From: an uncultured delta proteobacterium
GTDB taxonomy: Bacteria; Myxococcota_A; Polyangia; Palsa-1104
Direction: 5' to 3'
NCBI GenBank assembly: GCA_963785725.1
Contig: CAWAWS010000039.1
Location: 544,001 to 608,000 of the forward strand
Length of the DNA stretch: 64,000 nucleotides
A program made the translations under genes and the position numbers. The stretch's first letter is position 1, and the number at the start of each line of letters is the position of its first letter. Shown here in pieces: positions 53,181 through 63,645 of this stretch. The notes under the pieces were generated by a model. It searched no databases and was not told the DNA's origin. It saw only the letters and a program-made list of their open reading frames with translations.

Positions 53181-53867
53181 ATGCGCTCGTCGATTGCGTG
53201 GGTTTTCGTCGTCGCGATGAGCGGCTGCGCGTCGCGTCCGTTGAGCGCTGGCGACGGCGGGAATGTCGCGGTGACCGACTTGGCCGCGAGCTCCGACTTG
53301 CCGCGTCTTCCGTTCGATTCGTCGCCGCTGCCGGGTCCCGCCGATTTCGCGCCGCCCGTGGACACCGGCCTCGCCGTTTGTCCGTGCACGCGGCGGCCGA
53401 GCGGCGTGGCCGAGTCGACCTGCCCGCGCGGCGCCGGCCAGATGACGACGACCGTCATCGGGCTCGCCGGCGGCACCGCGTCGCTCACGGGACAACAAGG
53501 TCAATTCAGCGGCGTCGCCCTCGCGATCGCCATTCCGCCGATGTCGCTGACGGCAAATAGCGCGATCAAATTGACCGAGACGGGAATGGCGCCGCCGGCC
53601 GCTTACATCGATTGGTCGCCGGTCTGGCAGCTGGCGCCGATTGGTGTCAACTTTCATGTTCCCGCGAAAGTGACGGCGCCGTACTCGAACTCGAATGGCA
53701 AGGTCGATCCGGCGCTGGCGATCTACACGTCGATGGATGGAATGACGTGGACGCGCCTCAGCGATAGTCAGATCAACGCTGGTTTTACCACCGGCACCTT
53801 GTCGGAGCTGCCGCAGCTCATGTTCAACGGCGCGCCGCGATCGGCGGCGAACGCGAGCTGCCCCTAA
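53181..53867 (+). CDS. lipoprotein with ZU5-like beta domain
   Basis: Lipobox MSGC, IGLAGG...IPPMSL...SPVWQLAPIGVNF. Confidence 0.7.
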   Translation: MRSSIAWVFVVAMSGCASRPLSAGDGGNVAVTDLAASSDLPRLPFDSSPLPGPADFAPPVDTGLAVCPCTRRPSGVAESTCPRGAGQMTTTVIGLAGGTASLTGQQGQFSGVALAIAIPPMSLTANSAIKLTETGMAPPAAYIDWSPVWQLAPIGVNFHVPAKVTAPYSNSNGKVDPALAIYTSMDGMTWTRLSDSQINAGFTTGTLSELPQLMFNGAPRSAANASCP

Positions 53868-53914
53868 GCGGTCGATATTCGCATTCGGCACAATATGTGA
53901 ATTCATTCTCGGGA

Positions 53915-54328
53915 ATGCTGAAACAAAGCCTGACCGCGTTCGGCCTCGGTTTATTGTTGTGTGCGTCGGCGTTCGCCGATTCGACCGAGCCCGGTCGTAA
54001 ATCCGAAGGCGTAGACGTGGAAAAGGCGGCCGCGACCGATAAGAGCGGCGCCGATCAGCGCTCGGCCAAACAGAAAAAAGAGCAGGGCGAAAAGAAGGGC
54101 GCGCTCAAAGAGCGCGTCGACCCCGCTAAAGACGCCGCGGCGCAGCGTGCGAATATTGCGCAGCTGAGAGAGGACGCCGAAATCGATAAGCGACAGGGCA
54201 ATCGCGTGGGTGCGTGGGCGGCCGAGCGCGACGAGAAGCATGCCCAAAAGCTGCTGCAGAAAGACGAAAAGCTGTTGCAGGAAGGAAAGGCGAAAACGCA
54301 GGTCGATGGGCAGGCCGTGAAGAGGTAG
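53915..54328 (+). CDS. secreted charged coiled-coil protein
   Basis: Signal peptide ending AFA and K/E/D-rich body. Confidence 0.65.
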   Translation: MLKQSLTAFGLGLLLCASAFADSTEPGRKSEGVDVEKAAATDKSGADQRSAKQKKEQGEKKGALKERVDPAKDAAAQRANIAQLREDAEIDKRQGNRVGAWAAERDEKHAQKLLQKDEKLLQEGKAKTQVDGQAVKR

Positions 54329-54356
54329 CGGCCCACTAATTGCTCCTCAAGCGAGC

Positions 54357-55490
54357 ATGGCGACTCATCGCACGCGTTGGTTATGGCTGATTCCCGGGAC
54401 GATCGTCGCCATCATCGTTCTCGTCTTCGTATTCCTCAATCCAATCGTCACGTATGCGACGCAGAAGGGGCTCGACCGCCTCAAAGGCGCGAGCGGCACG
54501 TTCAAGGCATTGAGCGTCACGCTCATTCATCCCGGCTACAACGTCTATGGATTGAAGATCGTCGAGATGCCGGTGACGGCGCACAAAGAGCCGCTCTTTT
54601 ATGCCGACCGCGTCGAGATGCGCTGGTCGTGGCGCGAGATTCTGCACGGTCATTTGGTGCGTCGCGTAAAGATTTGGAAGGCGCGCGTGCAAGTGCCGAT
54701 GCGGCCCGGCGACGAGTCGAAGCCGTCGCAGCCGCCGCTGGAGATCGCCAAGACGCTGGAGTCGGTGCCGTCGGCGGGGGTGGAGCGCTTGGAGCTCGTC
54801 GACAGCCAAGTGATCCTCGTCGATGAAGTGCACGATAATCAGCGCTTATGGGTGCACGATCTGCAATTGACGCTGGAGAATATGGCGTCGCGTAAGAAGC
54901 TGATGAAGGGCTTACCGCTGTTGGTGACGGTGCGAACGAAAGTGCAGAACAGCGGTCAGCTGAGCGCGTTCTTGACGATGGATCCATTCGATGAGGGGCT
55001 GACCTTCGCCGGGTCGGTCGAGCTCCATCATCTGGAGCTGTCCGACCTGCATCAATTCACGAGCATTGGCGGACTGACGCTGCCCAAGGGGACGATTGAC
55101 GTGTTTGCGTCGATCACCTGTAAACGGAACGAGCTGACCGGCGGCATCAAGCCGATCTTGAAGAACGTCAAAGTGCGAGCGGCGGACGACAAGCTCGGCG
55201 ACAAGGTCAAAGCATTGTTGGCCGATGTCGCGGTCAAGATCTTCTCCGATCGCGTGCCGGGGCGAAATGCGGTGAGCACGATCATTCCCATTCACGGCGA
55301 CTTGAAGAAGCCGCAAGTGCAACTGGTGCCGACGGTGTTGGCGGTCATTCGCAACGCGTTCGTCGAGGGCTTGTCGGCGAGCTTGACCAATGTGCCGCCG
55401 CCGCAAGGAACGGGCGGAATTCTGCATCAGGCGCGGCGGGCGCTGAGCAAGAAGTCGAAGCAGCCGGTCGAAGCCAAAGTGAAGAAATGA
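54357..55490 (+). CDS. DUF748/AsmA-like protein
   Basis: N-terminal TM, GTIDVF, GGIKP, IPIHG, RNAFVEGL. Confidence 0.75.
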   Translation: MATHRTRWLWLIPGTIVAIIVLVFVFLNPIVTYATQKGLDRLKGASGTFKALSVTLIHPGYNVYGLKIVEMPVTAHKEPLFYADRVEMRWSWREILHGHLVRRVKIWKARVQVPMRPGDESKPSQPPLEIAKTLESVPSAGVERLELVDSQVILVDEVHDNQRLWVHDLQLTLENMASRKKLMKGLPLLVTVRTKVQNSGQLSAFLTMDPFDEGLTFAGSVELHHLELSDLHQFTSIGGLTLPKGTIDVFASITCKRNELTGGIKPILKNVKVRAADDKLGDKVKALLADVAVKIFSDRVPGRNAVSTIIPIHGDLKKPQVQLVPTVLAVIRNAFVEGLSASLTNVPPPQGTGGILHQARRALSKKSKQPVEAKVKK

Positions 55491-55942
55491 GGGAGCTGCC
55501 AATGAATGGAATGGCGAGACGAATATGGTTATTGCCGTTATTCGTATTGGCGGCGTGTCACGCGCATACGGTGCAAGGCAGGCAGACGACGTTGGAGACG
55601 CCGCCGAAAGAGCCGCAGGTGGCGTCGGAGCGGCCGGTGCGCACGACGCCGGGCGGAATGTTGGATGCGAAGGCGATGCGGCAGCTGCAGTCGGCGCTGA
55701 CTCGTCACGGCGTCGAGACGCCCAATAGCGGGCAGCTCGATGACGAGACGCAAGCGTCGCTGCGTAAGTTTCAAGAGCGCGAGCAAATGGCAGCGACCGG
55801 CATGCCCGACTTCGACACCCTGCGTAAGCTGGGGCTCGACCCGAAGGCGATCTATTTGGGCGGCACGAAGCGCGCCGATTCCAAGGTCGACCGGCAAAGG
55901 AACGCGACCCGCAGCGACGCGAATCAGTCGTCAGCGAAGTAA
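55487..55942 (+). CDS. peptidoglycan-binding domain lipoprotein
   Basis: Lipobox LAAC, LQSAL...SGQLDDETQASLRKFQ...TGMPDFDTLRKLG. Confidence 0.82.
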   Translation: MRELPMNGMARRIWLLPLFVLAACHAHTVQGRQTTLETPPKEPQVASERPVRTTPGGMLDAKAMRQLQSALTRHGVETPNSGQLDDETQASLRKFQEREQMAATGMPDFDTLRKLGLDPKAIYLGGTKRADSKVDRQRNATRSDANQSSAK

Positions 55943-56041
55943 GCCTGGTCGCGGCGGAATCATTGGTGCGCAGGCGCTCGGCGGCGGCGGCGATTGACTG
56001 TCGATGTCGGCTGCCTAGGTTTCGTCATTACGGAGGCGCGG

Positions 56042-57307
56042 GTGTCGGACGATCACGACGACGACCAGACGCAGCGGCCGGCCGATGCGGCGGCGGAATC
56101 GCCGGCGCCGCGCGCGCCCAATCGGCGCATGCTGTTTCGCGCCGCGCTGGGCGCGGTGGGCGCGCTCGCCGGCATTCGCCGCGCGGCCGCGCAATCGAAG
56201 GCGACGCCGCTGCCGCCGCCGGACGTGATTGGCCAACCGCCGGACGCGCCGACGCACAACGCGTCGTCGGCGGCGCCGCAGCCGGGACAAAAGCGGCCGG
56301 CGCCGCCGACTGAAATGCCGTCGGCGGAGGTGCCGCGGCGCGCGCTCGGAAAGACCGGCGCGCTGGTGTCGGCGATCGGCGTCGGTGGCCACCACTTAGG
56401 CGACGCAGCGACGTTGGAAGAGGCGCTCGATATCGTCTCGATGGCGCTCGATTATGGGATCAATTTCTTCGACAACTGCTGGGAATACCATAATGGCAAG
56501 TCGGAGAATTGGCTCGGGCGCGGGCTGAAAGGCAGGCGCGACAAAGCCTTCGTCATGACCAAAGTCTGCACGCACGGCCGCGACGCCAGGCTCGGCCTGC
56601 GCATGCTCGAAGAATCGCTGCGCCGGCTCGATACCGATCACCTCGATCTATGGCAGATCCATGCGGTCAGCTTCGACAACGATCCGGCGCTGGCGTATGC
56701 CAAAGGCGGAATCATCGAGGCGATGGAGCGCGCGAAGAAGCAGGGCAAAGTGCGGTTCACGGGATTTACCGGCCATAAAGATCCGGCGTTTCATTTGGAG
56801 ATGTTGCGCCGTGGATATCCCTTCGACGCCATTCAAATGCCGCTCAATCCGATGGACGCGCAGTTCTTCAGCTTCGAGAAACAGGTCGTTCCGGTGGCGA
56901 ATCAAAAGGGAATCGGCGTCATCGGAATGAAGTCGATGGGCGGGACGGCCGATGTCGTCAAGCAGGGCGTGCTTTCGGCGACCGATTGCCTGCGTTATGC
57001 GATGAGCTTGCCCGTCGCGACGACGGTGACCGGCATCGATTCATTGGCGGTCTTGCAGCAGAACGCGGCGGTGGCGCGCGGATTCAAGCCGCTCTCGCCC
57101 GAGCACATGCAGGCGCTGCGCGACAAATGCGCGCGCTTCGCCGGCGACGGGCGCTTCGAGCTCTATAAGGTTTCGCTCAAATACGACAACCCCGAGACGC
57201 GCACGCCGCACGGCTTTCCCTTCGATCCGAAGCTCAAAGAGACGCAGGAGATCTTGGAAGGCGGCAGCGCTTTGCCGGCGGTCGATACCGCGCGCGCGCC
57301 GTTATAG
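56042..57307 (+). CDS. aldo/keto reductase with Tat-like signal
   Basis: NRRMLF, RALGKTG, FFDNCWEY, MTK, DHLDLWQIH. Confidence 0.88.
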   Translation: MSDDHDDDQTQRPADAAAESPAPRAPNRRMLFRAALGAVGALAGIRRAAAQSKATPLPPPDVIGQPPDAPTHNASSAAPQPGQKRPAPPTEMPSAEVPRRALGKTGALVSAIGVGGHHLGDAATLEEALDIVSMALDYGINFFDNCWEYHNGKSENWLGRGLKGRRDKAFVMTKVCTHGRDARLGLRMLEESLRRLDTDHLDLWQIHAVSFDNDPALAYAKGGIIEAMERAKKQGKVRFTGFTGHKDPAFHLEMLRRGYPFDAIQMPLNPMDAQFFSFEKQVVPVANQKGIGVIGMKSMGGTADVVKQGVLSATDCLRYAMSLPVATTVTGIDSLAVLQQNAAVARGFKPLSPEHMQALRDKCARFAGDGRFELYKVSLKYDNPETRTPHGFPFDPKLKETQEILEGGSALPAVDTARAPL

Positions 57308-57315
57308 GAGAATCG

Positions 57316-58467
57316 ATGAGCGATCAGCCTAACGACCGAGCGCGGGATTCGCAGCGCGAAAGCGAGGATTCACGCGCCGAGATCGCCGGCGAATCGCTTG
57401 GCCATTCGCGACGCGAATTCCTGCAGCAGGCCGCGGTCGCTGCCGGAAGCGTCGCCGTCGCTGGTGCGCTGTGGGAGCGCGTCGCGCGAGCGGAGCTCAC
57501 CGTCGAATCATTGCCGTTGACGAATGTCGGTTCCGACAAGATCCCGCATAAGCCGTTGGGTGCGACCGGTCTGACGGTGTCGATTATTGGTATTGGTGGA
57601 TCGTCGCTGGCCGATGCGCCTTCTTACGATGAAGCCGAGCGCATCGTGCACGAAGCGGTCGAGGCCGGCGTCAATTTCTTCGACAATGCGTGGGAATATC
57701 ACGGCGGGCGCAGCGAAGAGTGGATGGGCAATGCGCTCAAAGGGCGGCGCGACAAAGTCGTGCTCATGACCAAAGTCTGCACGCATGGTCGCAGCGCGAA
57801 GATCGCGATGCAGATGCTCGACGATTCGCTGCGGCGATTGCGGACCGATCATCTCGACGTCTGGCAAGTGCACGAGTGCGTCTATTGGAACGACCCGGAG
57901 CTGCACTTTCGTGAAGGCGGTGTCATCGACGCGCTAAAGCAGGCCAAGCAGCAAGGTAAAGTACGTTTCATAGGATTTACCGGACATAAACATCCCGACA
58001 TTCATTTGGCGATGCTGAAGAAGGCGGACGAGCACGGCTTGCACTTCGATACGGCGCAGATGCCGCTCAATCCGTTCGACGCGACGTTTCGCAGCTTCGA
58101 GCAGCACGTCTTGCCCGAAGTGCGCCGGCGGAAGATGGGCGCGTTCGGGATGAAGTCGCTCGGTGGTGGCGGCGCGCCGATTCAGCAGGGCGCGATTACG
58201 GTACGTGAGGCGCTGCGTTATGCGATGAGCTTGCCGGTGGCGACGACGATCAGTGGCATCGATTCGCTGGCCGTGTTGCATCAGAACTTGGCGATCGCGC
58301 GCGGGTTCGAGCCGATGACGGCGGGCGAGCAGCAGCTGCTGCGCCGGCGCTGCGCCGATTTGGCGTCGGATGGACACCTCGAGCTTTATAAGACGACGAA
58401 GAGGTTCGACGCCGCGGTTGGGCGCGAGCAGCACGGCTTTCCCGATCCGAAAGCGTTACCGATGTAA
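57316..58467 (+). CDS. aldo/keto reductase with Tat signal
   Basis: SRREFL, FFDNAWEY, MTK, DHLDVWQVH. Confidence 0.9.
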   Translation: MSDQPNDRARDSQRESEDSRAEIAGESLGHSRREFLQQAAVAAGSVAVAGALWERVARAELTVESLPLTNVGSDKIPHKPLGATGLTVSIIGIGGSSLADAPSYDEAERIVHEAVEAGVNFFDNAWEYHGGRSEEWMGNALKGRRDKVVLMTKVCTHGRSAKIAMQMLDDSLRRLRTDHLDVWQVHECVYWNDPELHFREGGVIDALKQAKQQGKVRFIGFTGHKHPDIHLAMLKKADEHGLHFDTAQMPLNPFDATFRSFEQHVLPEVRRRKMGAFGMKSLGGGGAPIQQGAITVREALRYAMSLPVATTISGIDSLAVLHQNLAIARGFEPMTAGEQQLLRRRCADLASDGHLELYKTTKRFDAAVGREQHGFPDPKALPM

Positions 58468-58590
58468 GCCTTGGTGGCGCGCTGTCGGCGGTGACATGGG
58501 CCTACATCGCGGCCGCATTCGCGCTCGATTTGACGCCGCTATCGACGCACAATCGAAGCTCCCGCGTTCGCTCGCGATAGGAGGACGACG

Positions 58591-60810
58591 GTGCGCCAGA
58601 GCCCGATTGTGCAGTGTCGAAGCCGCGCGTCTACGGTCACGCTCGTCGTCGCTGCGCTCTTGTGCAACGCGGGCGTCGCGCGGGCGCTGACGGCCACGAT
58701 GGTGGCGTTTTCCGGCGGGGACGGAACATTCAATACGGTCAATGACAACGGCAAGATCCTCTATCAATCGACGAGCAGCGGCAGTGGCACGTATTCGGCA
58801 TTCATGTATTTTCAGCGGCCGGCCGGCGTCACGTTTGCGGTCGGCGCCCCGCTCTATGTCGAGGTCGATTACAAAGACGTCGGCGGGCCGGCGCGCTTCG
58901 GCATTCAATATGACGCCGAAGGGAATGATTACGCGGACGGCGGATTCGGCATCGACGCCGGCGTGCAGAATTCGGGCGCATATCGAACCGCGGTATTCCA
59001 GCTGACCGATAATGCGTTTCATCTGGGCGAGAACGGCGGCAACGATATGCGGCTGACGCAGCCGGGGCCGCTGCAGCTGAATATCGCGGCCGTGCGCGTC
59101 AGCGATCAGCCGACGGCGCTATATACGAGCTTGACGCAGTTCCTCGGGCCTTATACCGGGCCCACTTATACCGGCGGTACGCCGGTCGATGCGTCGACGA
59201 TGGCGGGGAAGCTGCTGTGCGGATATCAGGCTTGGTTTCGCACGCCCGGCGACGAAGACGTGACCGGCTGGGTTCATTACGTGCCCAATGGCGTCATGGC
59301 GCCGGCCAATATCGCGGTCGACTATTGGCCCGAAATGGCCGAGCTCGGACCGGGCGAGCAATATCCGGCCAACGGCTTCACGAACGCCGACGGCACGCCG
59401 GCGACGTTATTCAGCGACGACGATTCGCGCACCGTATTGCGGCATTTTCAATGGATGGAAGCCTATGGAATCGACGGCGTGGCGTTACAGCGCTTCTTTC
59501 CCGGTCCGGGCGTCGATATCCAGGGAATGATCGTCATGAACAAGGTGCGCGCCGCGGCGAATCAGACCGGACGCACGTTCTTCGTCGAATACGATATGAC
59601 CGGCGCCGCCGAGGCCGATTTGGTCCCGACGATTACCCGCGATTGGCATTATCTCGTCGATACGATGAAGATGCAGTCCGATTCGCGTTATCTGCACGAA
59701 GGTGGGCTGCCGGTCATCGGTGTCTACGGCTTCTTCGAAGAGCGTTTCAGCGCGACGACGGCCAATGCCATTCTCGATATCTTCGCGACGCCTGGGCCTT
59801 ATCAAGCGTTCGTGGCCGCTGCCGGCGCTTGGTATTGGAGTCAGCAACCGTATTCGGCGGCGTGGCAAACGATGATGTTTCGCATGGGCTCTTATCAGCC
59901 GTGGAATACCGGAAATAGCGGCGGGGTGGCCGGCGACGTGCCGAGCACGGCCTATTGGGCCGGCGATCAAGCGACGCTGGCGGCGCACGGTGTCAAATAC
60001 GTGCCGCAGATCTATCCCGGCAGCAGCTCCTTCAATCGCGACGGAACGCCGTGGGGACCGACGACGGAAGATCGTTTGCAGGGCGATTTCTTGTGGAGTC
60101 AGGTGACGGCGGCCGTGTCGCTCAAGGCGTATTCGGTGTTCTTGGGCATGTTCGATGAAATGGACGAGGGCACGCAGATCTTCAAGGTCTCGCAGACGCC
60201 GCCGACGCAGGCCAATTTTCGCGACTATCAAGGGCTGCCGTCCGATTACTATTTGTGCTTAGCGGGTAAGGCGACGGAGGCGCTGCGCGCGAACAGTCAG
60301 CAGTCGCCGGCGAAGCCGGATTGCGCGGCATTGACGCAGCCGACGATTCCCGATCCGATCGCGCCGTTGAATGGCGATTCCGTCGGCGTGGGCGCGGTCG
60401 AATACAGTTGGACAGCGGCGTTGGCGCTCGCGCAAGGCGGGACGATTGACCATTATGAAGTATCGGTCGATGGCGCGATGAGCGCGGCGCCCAATGGCAC
60501 GGCCACGATCGCGACCGGTGCTGGGGAGCATGTCTGGCGCGTGCGCGCGGTCAATTCGTTGGGAAATGCCGGCGGCTGGAGCATCGCGCAGACGTTCACG
60601 GTCGGGGATTGCAGCGGCAGCGGCTGCGGCGGCACCGACGGCGGCCGCGGCTCCGACGTCGACGGCGGCACGTCGGGGACCGGCGCCGGCGGCAAGTCGG
60701 CGCGCGGTGGCTGCGAGGTCGGCGGCGCGGCCGGCAGTCCGGCGGCGATCTCCTGCCTATTGGTGTTCGCGCTATTGGCGCTGCGACGCCGCGGCCGCCG
60801 TCATTCTTAG
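58591..60810 (+). CDS. GH71/99-like glycoside hydrolase with FN3-like domain and MYXO-CTERM-like anchor
   Basis: GYQAWF, HFQWMEAYGIDG, MFDEMDEGT, WRVRAVN, GCEVGG-TM-RRRGRR. Confidence 0.82.
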   Translation: MRQSPIVQCRSRASTVTLVVAALLCNAGVARALTATMVAFSGGDGTFNTVNDNGKILYQSTSSGSGTYSAFMYFQRPAGVTFAVGAPLYVEVDYKDVGGPARFGIQYDAEGNDYADGGFGIDAGVQNSGAYRTAVFQLTDNAFHLGENGGNDMRLTQPGPLQLNIAAVRVSDQPTALYTSLTQFLGPYTGPTYTGGTPVDASTMAGKLLCGYQAWFRTPGDEDVTGWVHYVPNGVMAPANIAVDYWPEMAELGPGEQYPANGFTNADGTPATLFSDDDSRTVLRHFQWMEAYGIDGVALQRFFPGPGVDIQGMIVMNKVRAAANQTGRTFFVEYDMTGAAEADLVPTITRDWHYLVDTMKMQSDSRYLHEGGLPVIGVYGFFEERFSATTANAILDIFATPGPYQAFVAAAGAWYWSQQPYSAAWQTMMFRMGSYQPWNTGNSGGVAGDVPSTAYWAGDQATLAAHGVKYVPQIYPGSSSFNRDGTPWGPTTEDRLQGDFLWSQVTAAVSLKAYSVFLGMFDEMDEGTQIFKVSQTPPTQANFRDYQGLPSDYYLCLAGKATEALRANSQQSPAKPDCAALTQPTIPDPIAPLNGDSVGVGAVEYSWTAALALAQGGTIDHYEVSVDGAMSAAPNGTATIATGAGEHVWRVRAVNSLGNAGGWSIAQTFTVGDCSGSGCGGTDGGRGSDVDGGTSGTGAGGKSARGGCEVGGAAGSPAAISCLLVFALLALRRRGRRHS

Positions 60811-60861
60811 CTGCATTCGCAGCGCGAAAACCGCGTATTCCCCGTAAACGCGTTCGCTTGC

Positions 60862-61350
60862 TTAGCGGACTCGCGCCATCAAGATCGCGTCGGCGTAGCG
60901 GCCGGCCGAGAAATACGCCTTCGCCTGTCGTCCTTCGACGACGAATCCCAAAGATTCGTACAGCTTCCGGGCGCGTTCGTTCGTGGCGTCGACGTCGAGC
61001 TCGACGCGCACGAGGTCGAGCCAATCGTCGGCCAAGCTCAGCAGCGACTGCATGAGCGCGCGCCCGACGCCGCGGCCGGCGAACGCGTCGTGCACGGCGA
61101 TGCCGATTCGCGCCAAATGCCGCCGCTTGACCCCGCCGACGTGCAGCCCGGCGAGCCCGACGACGCGCCCATCGAGCTGCGCGACCATGACGTGATCATT
61201 CGGCGTCAGCGCCTCGATGAAGGCGCGCCCCGGTCGCTCCGACGGCATCGCGGTCGTAAATTCCATCACGTGGGGCTGATGCCGAATCTCGCCCACTGCT
61301 TCCCAGTCGTCGACTCGAATGGGTCGAATGACGACGTCTTGATTGGACAT
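60862..61350 (-). CDS. GNAT acetyltransferase (YhhY/AaaT-like)
   Basis: FAGRGVGRAL, ADDWLDLVRVEL, NERARKLYESLGF. Confidence 0.88.
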   Translation of the reverse strand: MSNQDVVIRPIRVDDWEAVGEIRHQPHVMEFTTAMPSERPGRAFIEALTPNDHVMVAQLDGRVVGLAGLHVGGVKRRHLARIGIAVHDAFAGRGVGRALMQSLLSLADDWLDLVRVELDVDATNERARKLYESLGFVVEGRQAKAYFSAGRYADAILMARVR

Positions 61351-61488
61351 TGGCCGATTATACGAGGCGGCGCTACGACCGGGTGTGATCTCGGTCGCCC
61401 CGTCGCTGCTGCCGACGTTCGCGCGCCGCGTGCGCCGCATCTCGGCGGGTGCTGATGGAGCGTGATAGCCTCGTTGCAGGGGACTCAT

Positions 61489-61953
61489 ATGATTATCGCG
61501 GGGCGTTCGAGCGTCTTTGGAATCCTCGTTATCGCGACTTCATTGACGATCGGTTGCTCCTCGCCGCATCAAACGACGATCCTGCCGCTGCCGGACGCGT
61601 CGGCCGCCGCCGATATGTCCAGCAGCGATCCCTGCGCGCCGGGGCAGGTCGTCATGCTGCGCTATTTCGTCGCGTCGCTTGGCGTGTGCAGCAGCACGTA
61701 TCAAGAGGCGCTCGCCAAAGGGCTCGCCTGTCCCGAACAAACGGGCGAATGCACCGGTTATCATGTCGTCGGCGCGCCCGGACCTTTTATCGCTTGGGAT
61801 TGCTTTTACGACGTGAATACCGGTCAATTGGCCGGCGCCGATTACTCCAATGACGAACGGCCGTTCTGTGCGGCGGGCATTCAATCGGCCACGTGCGGAT
61901 TCACCGGCTATACGAGCGGCGATCATTGCGAGGCCGACGGCGGGACTTCGTGA
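61489..61953 (+). CDS. cysteine-rich lipoprotein
   Basis: Lipobox TIGC and multiple Cys. Confidence 0.65.
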   Translation: MIIAGRSSVFGILVIATSLTIGCSSPHQTTILPLPDASAAADMSSSDPCAPGQVVMLRYFVASLGVCSSTYQEALAKGLACPEQTGECTGYHVVGAPGPFIAWDCFYDVNTGQLAGADYSNDERPFCAAGIQSATCGFTGYTSGDHCEADGGTS

Positions 61954-62020
61954 TCCGAGCGGCGAGAGCATCGGGCTAAGGACGATGGGCCCAGCGTTTG
62001 GTACGTTGTATAGTCTGGCC

Positions 62021-62380
62021 ATGCCGACTGTCGAATCGATTGCGCCGCAGTTCTTCGTCAAGGAGCTGGCCCGATCCGTCGACTGGTATGTTCGCGTGCT
62101 CGGTTTCCGGGTGGCTTTTCAAGGCGCCGACTATGCGGGCGTCAGACTCGGGCCGGCGCTGATTGTGCTCATGCAAGTCGGGCCAGCTCCAGTCGGCCTC
62201 AGTTACAAAGGCGCTTGCCATTTGCGTATCGGCGCGGGCGTCGATGACTACGTCGCGCAGATTGAGGCGACGGGTCAGACGCTGACGGCGACGTTGAAGG
62301 ACCATCCCGAATACGGAATGCGAGAAGCGACGGTGCGCGATCCCGATGACAACGATATCTATATTGGGCAGGAGCTGTGA
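62021..62380 (+). CDS. VOC/glyoxalase family protein
   Basis: WYVRVLGF, YGMREATVRDPDDN. Confidence 0.85.
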   Translation: MPTVESIAPQFFVKELARSVDWYVRVLGFRVAFQGADYAGVRLGPALIVLMQVGPAPVGLSYKGACHLRIGAGVDDYVAQIEATGQTLTATLKDHPEYGMREATVRDPDDNDIYIGQEL

Positions 62381-62450
62381 TCGTCTGCGCGGCGCGCTGC
62401 CGTCAGCGCCCGCCGACGGAGAACGTGAGCGCGCTAAGCAGTCGGCGTCG

Positions 62451-63014
62451 TTAAATCATACGGCAAAGCGGGATGACCTTGACGCCGCCGTGCGTCGCCA
62501 ACGGTTGCGGCGCGGTCGTCGGAAAGGTCGGGAATTCGAGCGTGCAGTCGCTGATCTGAAAGAGGTATTGCGCGCAATATTGATCCGAATTGCCGGTGAG
62601 GTTGTCGGTGCAGCCGCCATCGTAAGAGTGCGTGAACGTCGCCGAGCGGTACACGGGGATCGGCGGCGTGGGCGAGGTGTCCAAGAAGAGGTAATAGTTG
62701 CCCTCCGGGATAGCCTGGTGGACGTTCTTCACGCCGGGGAATTGGCTGGAGGTGGCGCCGTCGGGCGCGAGGCTGTCGAACGACACGTACGACTCACCTT
62801 GGAGCCAGTACGTAAAGCTCTGGCCGCTAGGCTGGAGGTCACTGCCGATCCCGATGAACGTCAACGGGACGTCGCGCGTGAGCTCGGGATGCGTATCGGT
62901 GATGAGGTTGAAGTTGCTGTCGACGATGGCTCCGCTGGTGCAGCCGGCGCCGAGCGTGGCGAACCCGATTAGCGCGATGAATGCCGGTCGTTTGGTGAGT
63001 GAGTGAATCGTCAT
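62451..63014 (-). CDS. hypothetical lipoprotein
   Basis: GGGAGA RBS, lipobox GAGC. Confidence 0.65.
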   Translation of the reverse strand: MTIHSLTKRPAFIALIGFATLGAGCTSGAIVDSNFNLITDTHPELTRDVPLTFIGIGSDLQPSGQSFTYWLQGESYVSFDSLAPDGATSSQFPGVKNVHQAIPEGNYYLFLDTSPTPPIPVYRSATFTHSYDGGCTDNLTGNSDQYCAQYLFQISDCTLEFPTFPTTAPQPLATHGGVKVIPLCRMI

Positions 63015-63271
63015 AGTCGAGGTCTCCCTTTAGAAGGCCACGATAGCGAAACGCTCACGAATGGGCGCTGACCTGCATCACGGAGTGCTCGACTTCGAAT
63101 GGCTGCCGCGGCGACGCGCCAAGGACGAGGGCGCGTCGTCGGGCGCGCGAGCCGACAAAAGAGGCCGCCGCGTGACGGCGCGCACGAGGACGCGCATCTT
63201 CGCGCGAGGCCGCGGGGATCGACCGCTGACAGGCGAGCCAGCTGAGTGATCGGTGCGCCACTTAGTCGCCC

Positions 63272-63515
63272 TTAGTCGAGTGTCACCTCCGACCAGAGAT
63301 GGCCATGCTGCTCCTGTCGCAGCTCGGCGTTTGCCCTCAGATCAGCCGCGCGCTGCTTCAGGCGAGCGGCGTTGTAGCCGTCGCCGAGCTGGGCGCGCAC
63401 GTCGGCCTGGGCCTCGGCTCGAATCCGCCGCCCGCGCCATCGCGGTCGAGGTGCAGCCGGCCAGCGCGAGCGCCGCCAGGGCGCCGAGCAAGCACTTTGT
63501 CGTCGTTGGTTTCAT
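63272..63515 (-). CDS. small lipoprotein interrupted by one extra base near 63422
   Basis: MKPTTTKCLLGALAALALAGC, then the +1 frame continues with good GC3 as AEAQADVRAQLGDGYNAARLKQRAADL...VTLD*. Span is 3n+1. Confidence 0.5.
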
Positions 63516-63645
63516 GATCGACCACAGCGTGGAAGATGCGGCGCGCGGCCGGCGATGCAACGTTTGCATAGGACAGGCGGTTCAGCCGACTCGACTGGCC
63601 GGCGGCGAAGTCGTGCGCGTCAGTCACGTCCGCGCGACAGCGGCC

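Noticed and set aside
54329..54344. CGGCCCACTAATTGCT as a sigma-54 promoter
   Set aside because: Spacing fits, but the -24 match is weak and no enhancer site is evident, so it was left uncalled.
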